Source: Chloropicon primus
Lineage: Eukaryota
Length of the DNA: 26,941 nucleotides
Direction: 5' to 3'
Assembly (NCBI GenBank): GCA_023205875.1
Contig: CP060760.1
Coordinates: 806,001-832,941 of the forward strand
Positions within the stretch are counted from its first letter, which is position 1. The number at the start of each line of letters is the position of its first letter. The position numbers and the translations under genes were made by a program. The notes under the pieces were generated by a model. It worked only from the letters and a program-made list of their open reading frames with translations, was not told the origin of the DNA and searched no databases. Below, in pieces: positions 17,846 to 26,810 of this stretch.

Positions 17846-18713
17846 TCACTGCTTCGTGAGAGACCCCACAGTCGCGGTGGCGGCCGCGGCCGCGACGATC
17901 TCCGCGCCGAGCACGGCGATGGCCTGGGTCTTGTCGTCCGCCGTGGAGCTGAAGCTCACGCTAGGGGCGTCGATGCTGACGCTGGGTGCGGAGAAGGACG
18001 GCATGGAGAAGGACGGCATGGAGAAGGACGGACCGCCGCTCCTGGTTCTTCTGGGGGCCTAATAGGGGATGGAACGATTCAGTTTCAGTGCAGGGCGAGG
18101 GAGAATGAAGGAGTCAGTTTTCAGAGCAATGTGGCCGGACACACGCGCGCGAGAGACCACACACTCACCTTTGGCTCCGCGGATCCCGCCTTTTTGTAGT
18201 CGGACCCTGGGAGCGAGGGGACGCTCGGGACGTCGACGACGCTCTGCTTGGCGAAGTTCTTCACTCCAGCCGAGGATCGGTTGATGACGACCCTCCCCTT
18301 CTTGCGCTCCGCGGGCACCGGCGCCTTCGGGGCGGCCTGCGCGGTCTGCGCACTCCCCAGGCTCAGGGTCGCCGCGAGCGCTGCCGCGGCCAACACCTTT
18401 GGAATCCCTTCCACCGTCGCCCTCATCATCATCATCTTCTCGTCGTCGTCGTCGTCGTCGTTGAGGCGAAAGAATTCGAAGCGAACGAAGGAACGTGTCA
18501 GTCAGGTGACGGCCACAAGGTGTTGTATTTCGTTGTTTGTTGTTTGTTGTTGTTTGTTGTGTTCCCTTCCCTTACCTTGTTGTTGTTGTTGTTGTTTTCT
18601 GTAGTGTTGTTTCCGGTGCGGCGGTGGTTCAGGAGGAGGTTCCCCCTGACTCCGTGCGCGTTGTTGCAGGGTCTGGCCCGCGTGTTCTTCATCCCGACGT
18701 TCGCTCTCTGCAT
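17846..18713 (-). CDS. Small (about 205 aa) putative plastid/thylakoid single-pass membrane protein of unknown function; exons 18713-18576, 18435-18169, 18058-17846
   Basis: Two phase-0 introns (GTAAGG...CTGACTGAC...AG and GTGAGT...TAG) keep the frame. Protein: transit-like N-terminus, hydrophobic 'VLAAAALAATLSLGSAQTAQA|A' signal, PSFSM repeats, C-terminal hydrophobic helix 'AIAVLGAEIVAAAAATATVGSL', stop TGA at 17846. Exon 1 is less certain than exons 2-3. Confidence 0.7.
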
Positions 18714-19036
18714 CGTCCTCGTCGTCGTCCTCGTCGTCGTCCTCGTCCTCGTCGTCGTCCTCGTCCTGCGCCCTGGCGATCGAGATCTGATCTTATTGGC
18801 TGCCAATCGCGGCTCCAGAGCCTCACGATGAAGGGGGAAAGATTTGGCGAGGAAGGAGGGAGGAGGGAGGAGGGAGGAGGGAACAATCCAAGGTTTCCTT
18901 CCATGACCCTTGACTGACTTCTGGAGGGAAAGGGAACAATGGCCAACCCTCCGCCAGGCCACCCGTCCATCGATCGAAATCGAAGAAAAAATAGGATGAT
19001 TATAGTATTTAATTGTTTTTGTTTGTTTAGGTCTAA

Positions 19037-20332
19037 CTAAAAGAACGGGATGTTGTCCTGCTTGGAGCACGACACGAGGCCCTCCTCCTCCGTCACGCAG
19101 ACCAGGGACTGGGGGCCAGACCCCGCGACTGAGGGGAAGTCGAAGGAGGCGATCCCCCTCGCCTCCTTGTGGACCACCTCGACCTGACCGCCGTGACCGC
19201 CGCCCGAGCCGGCCGTCCACCTGACCGTGTGGCCCGCGGAGGTGCAGAAGAGGGCGCCGACCTCCGGGGAGGGGGCGAGGCCCTTCACCTCCCACACGAA
19301 GCCAAAGGCGTCCGCGGAGCCCTGGTCCCCGGGGCTCGACCCGCACGTGGACACCGGGGCGCTCGGGCTCCTCAGGTCCCACAGGCACACCACGCCCTCG
19401 TGGCCGCTGCAGCACAGGTGGGGCCGCGTGGGCACCCCGGACACCGAGAGGAAGCCCAGGCCCGCGAGCCGCGAGGAAGAGGAGGGCTCCTGCGTCCTCG
19501 TGTCCCAGGTCTGCAGGCACCCGTCTCCCAACCCCGTCCCAGTCACGAAAGTGGTTCCGCTCAGCCAGCAGGCGCACGTCAGGTGGCCGCTCGCGTCCCC
19601 CTCACGGTGGTGCAGAGTGGCCGCCGACCCGGGCTCGAACCTGTGCAGGAAAACCCTGCCGTCGTAGCCAGCGCTCAGGGCGTCCCCCGCCTCGTTGCAG
19701 CACACCGAGGCCACCACGCCGCGGTGCACCCTCTCCACCCTAAAGTCGCCCTGGCCCTCCTCCGTGGTGTCCATGGCGTCCACCTGATCGCCCTCGCCCG
19801 ATCCGCCAGCCGCCGCGTCTATCGCCGAAGCCGGGGGCATGATCTTGCACACGTCTCCCCTCGCCGTCCCGGCCCAAACCTCCTTCCTCCCGCCCACCTC
19901 GAGGCAGGTGACTTTGCCGCCGCAGGACCAACTCCGGTGCCACTTGAGCCCCCCGGCCGCCCCTCCTCCTTGGTCGAGGTCCCCCACCAGCGGCTGCTGG
20001 TCCAAGCTCTGGTTGCCTTGATTCTGGTGGTCGTCCCCCGGTCTGAGGCTCACAAGCCCCACCCCCTCCTGGCCCAAGTCGCTGTCCTGGAACCCAAGGA
20101 AGACCATCCTTTGCCTCGCTCCCCCTCCTCCCGCACCGGCAAACCGCGGGGTGTCGCCCGGGGTCAGACTCCCCGTTGCGTTGTGCAAACCGAAGCACGA
20201 GTAGTCCCGCACCACATTGGCCTTGACACCCAGGAAGTACCTCTGCGCCATCCACTCGCAGTCGTTCCCCTCCCCTCCCCCCTCCACCATCTCTCCTTCT
20301 CTTCCTCCGCCGCTCACGAACTTGGGCGCCAT
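19037..20332 (-). CDS. NUP43: WD40 protein, nucleoporin Nup43-like
   Basis: WD repeats 'CLQTWDTR', 'PTRPHLCCSGHEGVVCLWDLR', 'VWEVK'; C-terminal 'EARGIASFDF...QSLVCVTEEEGL' resembles Nup43 C-termini as I recall them. First ATG at 20332; later starts are possible. Confidence 0.68.
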   Translation of the reverse strand: MAPKFVSGGGREGEMVEGGGEGNDCEWMAQRYFLGVKANVVRDYSCFGLHNATGSLTPGDTPRFAGAGGGGARQRMVFLGFQDSDLGQEGVGLVSLRPGDDHQNQGNQSLDQQPLVGDLDQGGGAAGGLKWHRSWSCGGKVTCLEVGGRKEVWAGTARGDVCKIMPPASAIDAAAGGSGEGDQVDAMDTTEEGQGDFRVERVHRGVVASVCCNEAGDALSAGYDGRVFLHRFEPGSAATLHHREGDASGHLTCACWLSGTTFVTGTGLGDGCLQTWDTRTQEPSSSSRLAGLGFLSVSGVPTRPHLCCSGHEGVVCLWDLRSPSAPVSTCGSSPGDQGSADAFGFVWEVKGLAPSPEVGALFCTSAGHTVRWTAGSGGGHGGQVEVVHKEARGIASFDFPSVAGSGPQSLVCVTEEEGLVSCSKQDNIPFF

Positions 20333-20583
20333 CGCCACCACCCGAGTTTACCTTTACCCTGGAGGAGGAACCCCTGGAGGGGAGGAGAGGAGAGGAGGTG
20401 CCGATGCCATGCGATGCGGAACAATGCAGGGATGTTTACCCCGGGGGGTGGTCAAGCAAAGTCTATTGGTTCATAAATTAAGGGACAAACAACAACCATC
20501 AAGGGATCAAGAGATCAAGAGACCAAGACCAAGATCACCAATTTACGTGTCTTCTGTGTCCGCGTGTCCTTCTTCCACACACT

Positions 20584-22167
20584 CTAGAGGTTGTCGTCGT
20601 CTCCAGCAGCCACGCGGCGAGGTGCACTAGACAGCTCGACCCCGCCTCCCTCCAGCTGGCCCTGCTCCCGAAGAAGGTGGTCGATGATGGCCACGCCCAT
20701 GGCATCGCCCTCCACGTTCACGACCGTCCTCAGCCTGTCCAGCATCCAGTCCACTGTGATGACCAGGGCGATGTCCGAGGCGAATCGGCTCAGGTTGACG
20801 GCCTGGAGGACCATGAGCATGGTCACCAAGCCTGCGGAGGGGATGGCGGCCGCGCCCACCGCCGCCATCGTCCCCGTGATCACCACCACAAACATCTGCG
20901 CCATGGACAGGTCCACCGAGTGCCTCTGGGCGATGAAGATCACCGTGAGGGCCTCGTAGAGCGCCGTGCCGTTCATGTTCACCGTGGCGCCCAAAGGGAG
21001 GACGAAGTTGATGATGTTGCTGTCGTAACCCAACTCCCTCGCGCACCTCAGGGTCACGGGCAGGGTGGCGCTGGAGCTGTCCGTACCGAAGGCCGTCACC
21101 AAGCTCGAGGCGAACCCCTTGAGGACGACCCAGGGGCTCTTCCTCGTGGTGATCGAGTAGAGCGCGGGGAGGACCAGTCCGCCCTGGAGCCCGAGGCCGA
21201 TGCAGACGGTGACCATGTACAGAGCTATCGCTTGGGCCATCTCCCCGATGTCGCAGGACTCGGCGATCGAGGCCGTGATTAGGGAGCACACCCCGACGGG
21301 GGTCAGCTTGAGAACCAGCTCCACCATCCTCGTCACGACCAGGTTCAGCTTGTCCACCAGGTCGTTGATCTGGACGGCCTCCTCCCTCATGGTGCTCAGG
21401 ACGAACCCGAAGAAGATGCTGAAGGAGACGACCCCCAGGACGTTCATGTTTGCCGCGGCGTCCACGAGGTTGCTGGGGAAGGCCTGCTCCAAGATCTGGA
21501 GGATGCTCTCCAGCGCCGACTGCTCGTGCTGCGGGTGGTCGTCGATCTCGTTCGAGGCCGACTCGTGCTTGTGGCAGTCCACCGCGGCGTGGGAGGAGTG
21601 GTAACCGGGCCGGATCAGGTTCACCACGACAATACCGATCAGAACGGCCGTGGTGGTGGTCAGGAGGTAGTACCCCAGGGTCAGCCTGCTCACCTTCCCC
21701 GCGGCCTTCTTGTTCTTCCCCAGGGAGCTCACGCCCTGCACGATGGACAGGGACAGCAGGGGAAGGACGAGCATCTTGAGGGAGTTGAGCCACACTTTGC
21801 CTGGGAAGCCAACCACCTGCTGCAGCTGTTCGTCCGCCTTCAACGCGTTCAGCACGAACCCGCAAAACATCCCAATGACGACTCCCACGAGGGTCCACTT
21901 GAGGAGGGGATCCATGTTCCCCCCTCCGCACCAGGTCATGCACCCCCTCTTCCTGGTGAGCCTGTCGTCTCCCGACCCGTTCCAGTCCCCGTGCTCCCCC
22001 GAGGAGGAGACGGAGACCTCCACCTTGCCATGACCCTCGTGTCCGTGTTGGTGTTCCAGCAAGTCCCTCTCCTCAATGTTCAGGTCCACGTACGCCTCCT
22101 CCGTCGTCGTCGCGCCGCTGCTGCTGGTGCTGTTGTTGTTGTTGTTGTTCCCCCTCCCTCCCTCCAT
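20584..22167 (-). CDS. Dicarboxylate/amino acid:cation symporter (DAACS/SLC1, EAAT/Glt-like)
   Basis: 'FPGKVWLNSLKMLVLPL', HP1 'TDSSSATLP', TM7 'LPLGATVNMNGTALYE', HP2 'AAVGAAAIPSAGLV', TM8 'DWMLDRLRTVVNVEGDA'. Confidence 0.95.
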   Translation of the reverse strand: MEGGRGNNNNNNSTSSSGATTTEEAYVDLNIEERDLLEHQHGHEGHGKVEVSVSSSGEHGDWNGSGDDRLTRKRGCMTWCGGGNMDPLLKWTLVGVVIGMFCGFVLNALKADEQLQQVVGFPGKVWLNSLKMLVLPLLSLSIVQGVSSLGKNKKAAGKVSRLTLGYYLLTTTTAVLIGIVVVNLIRPGYHSSHAAVDCHKHESASNEIDDHPQHEQSALESILQILEQAFPSNLVDAAANMNVLGVVSFSIFFGFVLSTMREEAVQINDLVDKLNLVVTRMVELVLKLTPVGVCSLITASIAESCDIGEMAQAIALYMVTVCIGLGLQGGLVLPALYSITTRKSPWVVLKGFASSLVTAFGTDSSSATLPVTLRCARELGYDSNIINFVLPLGATVNMNGTALYEALTVIFIAQRHSVDLSMAQMFVVVITGTMAAVGAAAIPSAGLVTMLMVLQAVNLSRFASDIALVITVDWMLDRLRTVVNVEGDAMGVAIIDHLLREQGQLEGGGVELSSAPRRVAAGDDDNL

Positions 22168-22455
22168 CCTCCTCCTCTCTACCGGGTGGGTTGGTAATCC
22201 TCCAAGGCCAAGGACCAGGGCCAGGGCCAGGGCGTGGTGTTTGTGTTTGTGTGTGAGCGCTTCGTTCCCGGTGTCCTGTTACCCTTCCCCTCCCCTCCCC
22301 CCCTCCCCTCCCCTCTCTCTCGTGTGTTGAAGGAAAGGAGCGGAAGGAAGTGACTGGCGTCCTGGGCCTTGGCTTGTTTTGTTTTGGAGGGAACGGAACG
22401 GGCGAGGAGGACAAGGAGGAGGAGGAGGAGGAGGAGGAGGCCACGGCGAGGAGGG

Positions 22456-24282
22456 ATGAGAACCAAGGTGAAGGTGACACACTTCAACCACCTCATACCA
22501 GGAATAACAATAACAAACACAAACACAACCGCGACACGCTGCTTGGGTTGGAATTGGAACCAAACGAACGAACAAACCAAGCCCAGGCCTCCTGCTGGAC
22601 CATGGCCACGACAAGGACGAGGACACTATGAGGGGTACGGCGGGGGGATCCGCACCACCAGGAGAGGGAGCGGGACTGGGGTGGAGGCATGGAACGGCGC
22701 GGGGACCAGGGGAAGGAGCCTGGCGACAACCCGTGCGAGCAGAGACCGGGACCGGGCCCTGGACTTTGTGCCGCTCCACTTGCCTCTGCCTCTGACGCCC
22801 TCCGCTACCGAGGAGGAGGAGGAGGGGCGGAGGGGGTACAGGCACTTGAGGGACTCCCGCGAGGTGCTCGGGCTGGAGGCGGCCTTGGCGGTGGTCGACA
22901 GGCTTCACAGGAAGGGGCACGAGGCCCTCTTCGCGGGAGGGTGGGTGAGGGACAGGCTCCTCCTGGACGGCAAGGGGGAGCAAGCCACCGGGGCAAGGGT
23001 CGGACCTTCGGCGGCGGGACTTTGTGAAACATCCGTAGATGGTTCTGAGGCCTTGCTCTCGCCTCGAGTTCCTTTGTCCTTCCTCGACGTGGACGTGGCG
23101 ACGAGCGCGAGCGACCAGGACGTTCTCGGCATCTTCCCCCACACCAGTCACTTCACGGACAACAGGATCAAGACCGTCGTGGTGGTGGACGACACGAGGG
23201 GTGGGACCAACACGGAGGTCACCTGCTTCAGGGGGAGGGACCCAAAGTCGCCCAAACAGGACGCGGAGCTGAGGGACTTCACGTGCAACGCCCTGTTTTA
23301 CGACGTGGTCCGCGAGGAGGTGAGGGATTACTTGGGGGGCGAGGGGATCTCGGACTGCGTCGCGAGGAGGCTGAGGTGCGTCGGAAGGCCGCAGGACAGG
23401 TTCAGGGAGGACCCCTGCAGGCTGATGAGGGCGGTCAGGCTGGCGGCCACCCTGGACTTTGCCATCGAGCCGAGGACCCTGGAGGCCATCCGCAGCGAGG
23501 AGTGCCAGGGCTGGCTCGAGGACGTGAGCAAGGAGAGGCTCTTCATCGAGGTTGTGAAGGGCAGCAAGTCGAACAGGGCTTGGGCCAAGTCCCTGCGCCT
23601 GCTGTCGTCGACCGGCCTGGCGGGGCACGTCTTCCCCGAGATAAGCCCGGAGGACTTTGAGAGGGCCGCGGAGGTGGCCCACGAGGTGGCCCTCCTCCTG
23701 GCCGGGGCGGAGCTCCCGGGCCAGATCGGCTTCGAGGACTCCGGCCTGGTGACCGGGGTGAGGCTCGGCGCCCTCCTTCCCGCGGAGGCGAGCGACTTCC
23801 AGGACTACAAGGACCTCGGGATGCGCGCGGGGTGCCCGAAGAGGTACAAGAAGGACATCCTGTGCATGCGCCTGCTGGCGGATCTGGAGGCGAGGACGGG
23901 CGGGTCCGACTGGAGGGCGGTGTCCCCTGGGGAGTTGAACTCCCTGCTCGAGTTTTACGCCAACGAGCCCAACGTGGTGGGCTCCTGCCTCTGCTTTTAC
24001 TCCAGGATGGTCTCCCTGAGCCGGAGCCCCGGGGAGGGGGCAGACTTCCTGGAGAGGCACGCGGCGCAGAGGAGGGGGATGGAGCGGGCCATCCGGATGA
24101 AGAGGGCCAACGAGAGGACACTCACGAGCAGGGACCTCGAGGCGGAGGGGATCGCCCCGGGCCCGGAGATGGGCCGACTCCTCGGCGTGGCCCAGGCCCT
24201 CTCGGCCCAGGAAAACATTTTTGACGCGGGGGCCTTGCTGGAGCGCCTCAAGGCATCTGAGCACTGGGCGACGACTCCGTAG
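22456..24282 (+). CDS. Class II tRNA nucleotidyltransferase / poly(A) polymerase family protein, bacterial-type, with a possible organellar targeting extension
   Basis: Motif A 'FAGGWVRD...DVDVAT', motif B 'DAELRDFTCNAL', motif D 'RFREDPCRLMRAVRLAA', motif E 'VSKERL', C-terminal 'LTSRDLEAEGIAPGPEMGRLL'. First in-frame ATG at 22456; the 5' structure is uncertain. Confidence 0.9.
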   Translation: MRTKVKVTHFNHLIPGITITNTNTTATRCLGWNWNQTNEQTKPRPPAGPWPRQGRGHYEGYGGGIRTTRRGSGTGVEAWNGAGTRGRSLATTRASRDRDRALDFVPLHLPLPLTPSATEEEEEGRRGYRHLRDSREVLGLEAALAVVDRLHRKGHEALFAGGWVRDRLLLDGKGEQATGARVGPSAAGLCETSVDGSEALLSPRVPLSFLDVDVATSASDQDVLGIFPHTSHFTDNRIKTVVVVDDTRGGTNTEVTCFRGRDPKSPKQDAELRDFTCNALFYDVVREEVRDYLGGEGISDCVARRLRCVGRPQDRFREDPCRLMRAVRLAATLDFAIEPRTLEAIRSEECQGWLEDVSKERLFIEVVKGSKSNRAWAKSLRLLSSTGLAGHVFPEISPEDFERAAEVAHEVALLLAGAELPGQIGFEDSGLVTGVRLGALLPAEASDFQDYKDLGMRAGCPKRYKKDILCMRLLADLEARTGGSDWRAVSPGELNSLLEFYANEPNVVGSCLCFYSRMVSLSRSPGEGADFLERHAAQRRGMERAIRMKRANERTLTSRDLEAEGIAPGPEMGRLLGVAQALSAQENIFDAGALLERLKASEHWATTP

Positions 24283-24326
24283 TGTAGGGTGGTGGGAAGC
24301 GAAGAGAGTCGGGGTGCGGTCAAACG

Positions 24327-24331
24327 TGTAA
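24327..24331 (+). terminator. TGTAA poly(A) signal of the tRNA nucleotidyltransferase gene
   Basis: TGTAA about 45 nt after the stop at 24282. Confidence 0.5.
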
Positions 24332-24522
24332 TTTTAGTGCTGCAACGTATGCATACATTATCGTCAGCACCTTGTGCTTTTATTCTCTCGGGATCAGCGC
24401 CCAGCGCTGGGCCACCTAAACCGTCTCGGTACAGAAAACGCTTTTCCCGCGTGTGTCTGCTCGTGGTTCTCAGCGGTCCACACACACGCACACACGCACT
24501 CTCTCTCTCTCTGTCGGCGTGA

Positions 24523-25743
24523 TCACGCCTTCTTCTTGCCCGTGAGCCTCTTGACCTGGGAGTACGCGAAGACCCCGGAGAGCGCGATGGCCGTTCCCAC
24601 GCCGTTGAGCAAGCTCACGGGGGTCTGGAACACGACGACCGAGGAGACGATCACCACAACCCGCTTGACGCAGTTTCCGATGCTGTGGGTCACGGGGCTC
24701 ACCCTCTGCAGGATCATGTAGCTCACCTGCTGGTAGCTGTGGAAGCAGATGCCCGCGAAGAGCGCTCGCGACAGGATGAACTTGGGGTCCAGCCCCATCG
24801 CCGTGATCTTTGCGGGGGCGAACTGGAAGCCCTCCGTGAACAAGGCCACCGGCAGGAGCAGGACGGCGGACATCATTGTGATCACGCTGAAGAGGTTGAT
24901 GTTGTCGAGCTTCTCCCCCTTGCTCCCCGTCATGAACTTCTTGCTCAGCACGTTCCTGCTCTGGAAGGTCAGGTTGCTGCCCATCGCGGCCCCGAACCCG
25001 GCCCAGTTGAAGCTGGCCTCCGTGGCGCTCGCCAGGGCGACACCTCCCACGATCGGCACCAGCGTCAGCAGCACCGGGAGGGGGCTGGACTCGCCGAGGA
25101 AGATGGAGGACAGGGCCACCGAGAAGAAGGGCTCCATGGCCTTGATGGTGTGCGTGAAGCTGACCGCCACCTTCCCGAGGCTCACATTGGTCAGCAGGTT
25201 CCCCAGGGTGTGGACGCACGCCAGGGGCAGGATCGTCATCAATTGGCTCCTCGTCAGCTTGGGCCTCTTGTGGATCCCCGTCGCCCACACGAAGAGGGCG
25301 AGGCAGGAGCCGACAACGAACTGGAGCTCCGTGCAGGACACCGGGAACCTGAACACCTTGAGCACCTGCTTGTTGTAGATGTTGAAGAAGATGTTGAAGA
25401 AGTACCAGAGCCCGAACATCGCTCCGAGGGCGGCCGTCTTCCCAAACCCCCCAGCAGCAGCAGGAGCGCTGGACGAGGAGCCAGCGTCCTCCGTGGCGCC
25501 GGACGACGACGCCGCCCGGGCGACCACGGCGCGGTGGTCGGACAACGCGTGGGCGATCCCGCAAGGCCTCACGTCCGCGTGCGCGACGACGTGAGGCCTA
25601 TGCGACACCGTCGTCGTCGTCGTCGTCGAGGTGGTGTGGGTGGAGGATCTCCTCATCGTCCTCCGCGCCGGGCCTGGGGCTGGCGCGCGCGAGCACGAGA
25701 CCGCACAACGCTGCGCCGCTCGAGCCTGCGTCATCGCCCTCAT
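24523..25743 (-). CDS. PPT: Plastid phosphoenolpyruvate/phosphate translocator (pPT family) with transit peptide
   Basis: '[20 protein letters not shown]', '[29 protein letters not shown]', 'QSRNVLSKK', '[28 protein letters not shown]'. Ala/Arg/Ser/Thr-rich transit peptide from ATG 25743. Confidence 0.92.
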   Translation of the reverse strand: MRAMTQARAAQRCAVSCSRAPAPGPARRTMRRSSTHTTSTTTTTTVSHRPHVVAHADVRPCGIAHALSDHRAVVARAASSSGATEDAGSSSSAPAAAGGFGKTAALGAMFGLWYFFNIFFNIYNKQVLKVFRFPVSCTELQFVVGSCLALFVWATGIHKRPKLTRSQLMTILPLACVHTLGNLLTNVSLGKVAVSFTHTIKAMEPFFSVALSSIFLGESSPLPVLLTLVPIVGGVALASATEASFNWAGFGAAMGSNLTFQSRNVLSKKFMTGSKGEKLDNINLFSVITMMSAVLLLPVALFTEGFQFAPAKITAMGLDPKFILSRALFAGICFHSYQQVSYMILQRVSPVTHSIGNCVKRVVVIVSSVVVFQTPVSLLNGVGTAIALSGVFAYSQVKRLTGKKKA

Positions 25744-26525
25744 CCTACTTGCTTCCTCCTCGTCTCTTCGTCGTCGCGGATGTCGTCGTCGTCTAAACCA
25801 GTCGTCCTCGTCCCCTCTTGAACAACGTTGTTGCTGGTTGGCTGGTGAGCCAGAAGAAAACGCAAAACGTTTTTGGATCAGGATCAGCCAACCAAAGGCC
25901 AGGAGAGGGAGGAGGGAGGAGAGGGAGGGAGGAGAGAGAGAGGACGGTGTGGAGGGCAATGCAGGAGTGTGGGAGAGGAGAGAAGGCAAGGAGAGGTGGT
26001 TATGGGTACTTGTTCGTGGATTGGATCACCTGTGTTTGGTAAATGGTGACTTGATTGTGTAATGTAGGTGTGTATGATATGATTCTGTTGCTATTATTGC
26101 CCATTTTGGGGCCTATTTTTTGGTACGAATAGTGGAGTGACGGATCCAGTTCGTGTCCGATGGCTGTGAAACTTTGTCAGAAGGGGTTTGTATTTTATAT
26201 TTGGATACTCTTGTAATATTGTGTATCTTCCCGTCGTCCTTGAGCCTGTAGAGATCCATCTGTCGGACCACTAAAACCCAAACCACAGACCTCCATGGAT
26301 GATGATGATGTTATGTGAATAGAGTCCGTGATGGAGAGACCTGTTCCGGGTGGAGTGCAATCTAGGGCACCAGAGAATAAAGAGGTCCAATCGTAAACCT
26401 TACCCTGATCCACTCTTCTGCTGGAATCCGTCGTCTTATGCGACCTGGTTCAGGGCCGACTAAAACCCAGATCACACTTAAAACTTATACCAGAAGGAAA
26501 ACATGCGGTTTAGGCTTGGAAGCAT

Positions 26526-26810
26526 CACGGAAAGGTTGGATGATGCGACGGTGTCTTTCTCTTAGGTTTCTTTTGTTCTCCGGCTCCTTTCCTTGGCAAG
26601 GTCGTCCTTCCTTCCTTCCTCGGGCAAACCCTACTCAAGGCACTTCGGACCCACGAGAGGGCCTTTTAGGCGTTAGGTTTTAGGACTCCCAAGGCTTTAG
26701 GAAACGCGGTGACTCGGAGGCACCACGGAAAAATTGGATGATGCAATGGTGTCTTTCTCCTAGGCTTCTTTTGTTCCCCGGCTCCTTTCCTGGGCCAGGT
26801 CGTCCTTCCT
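26526..26810 (+). repeat. 87-bp imperfect direct repeat (26526-26612 and 26724-26810)
   Basis: Manual ungapped alignment shows 9 mismatches in 87 nt; 198-bp offset. Confidence 0.88.

Noticed and set aside
3190..20332. Functional cluster of nucleolar and nuclear genes (USP36-like, RPB5, PPIL2, NLE1, NUP43)
   Set aside because: Housekeeping genes are abundant in compact genomes and are interspersed with unrelated genes; no evidence beyond chance.
25744..25989. N-terminal extension of PPT in the ORF track
   Set aside because: Non-ATG start; a typical transit peptide begins at ATG 25743.
26200..26520. Telomerase RNA or U3/U snRNA gene
   Set aside because: Template-like match is minimal and disagrees with the TTTTAGG unit seen elsewhere; no recognisable conserved snRNA sequences or Pol III promoter.
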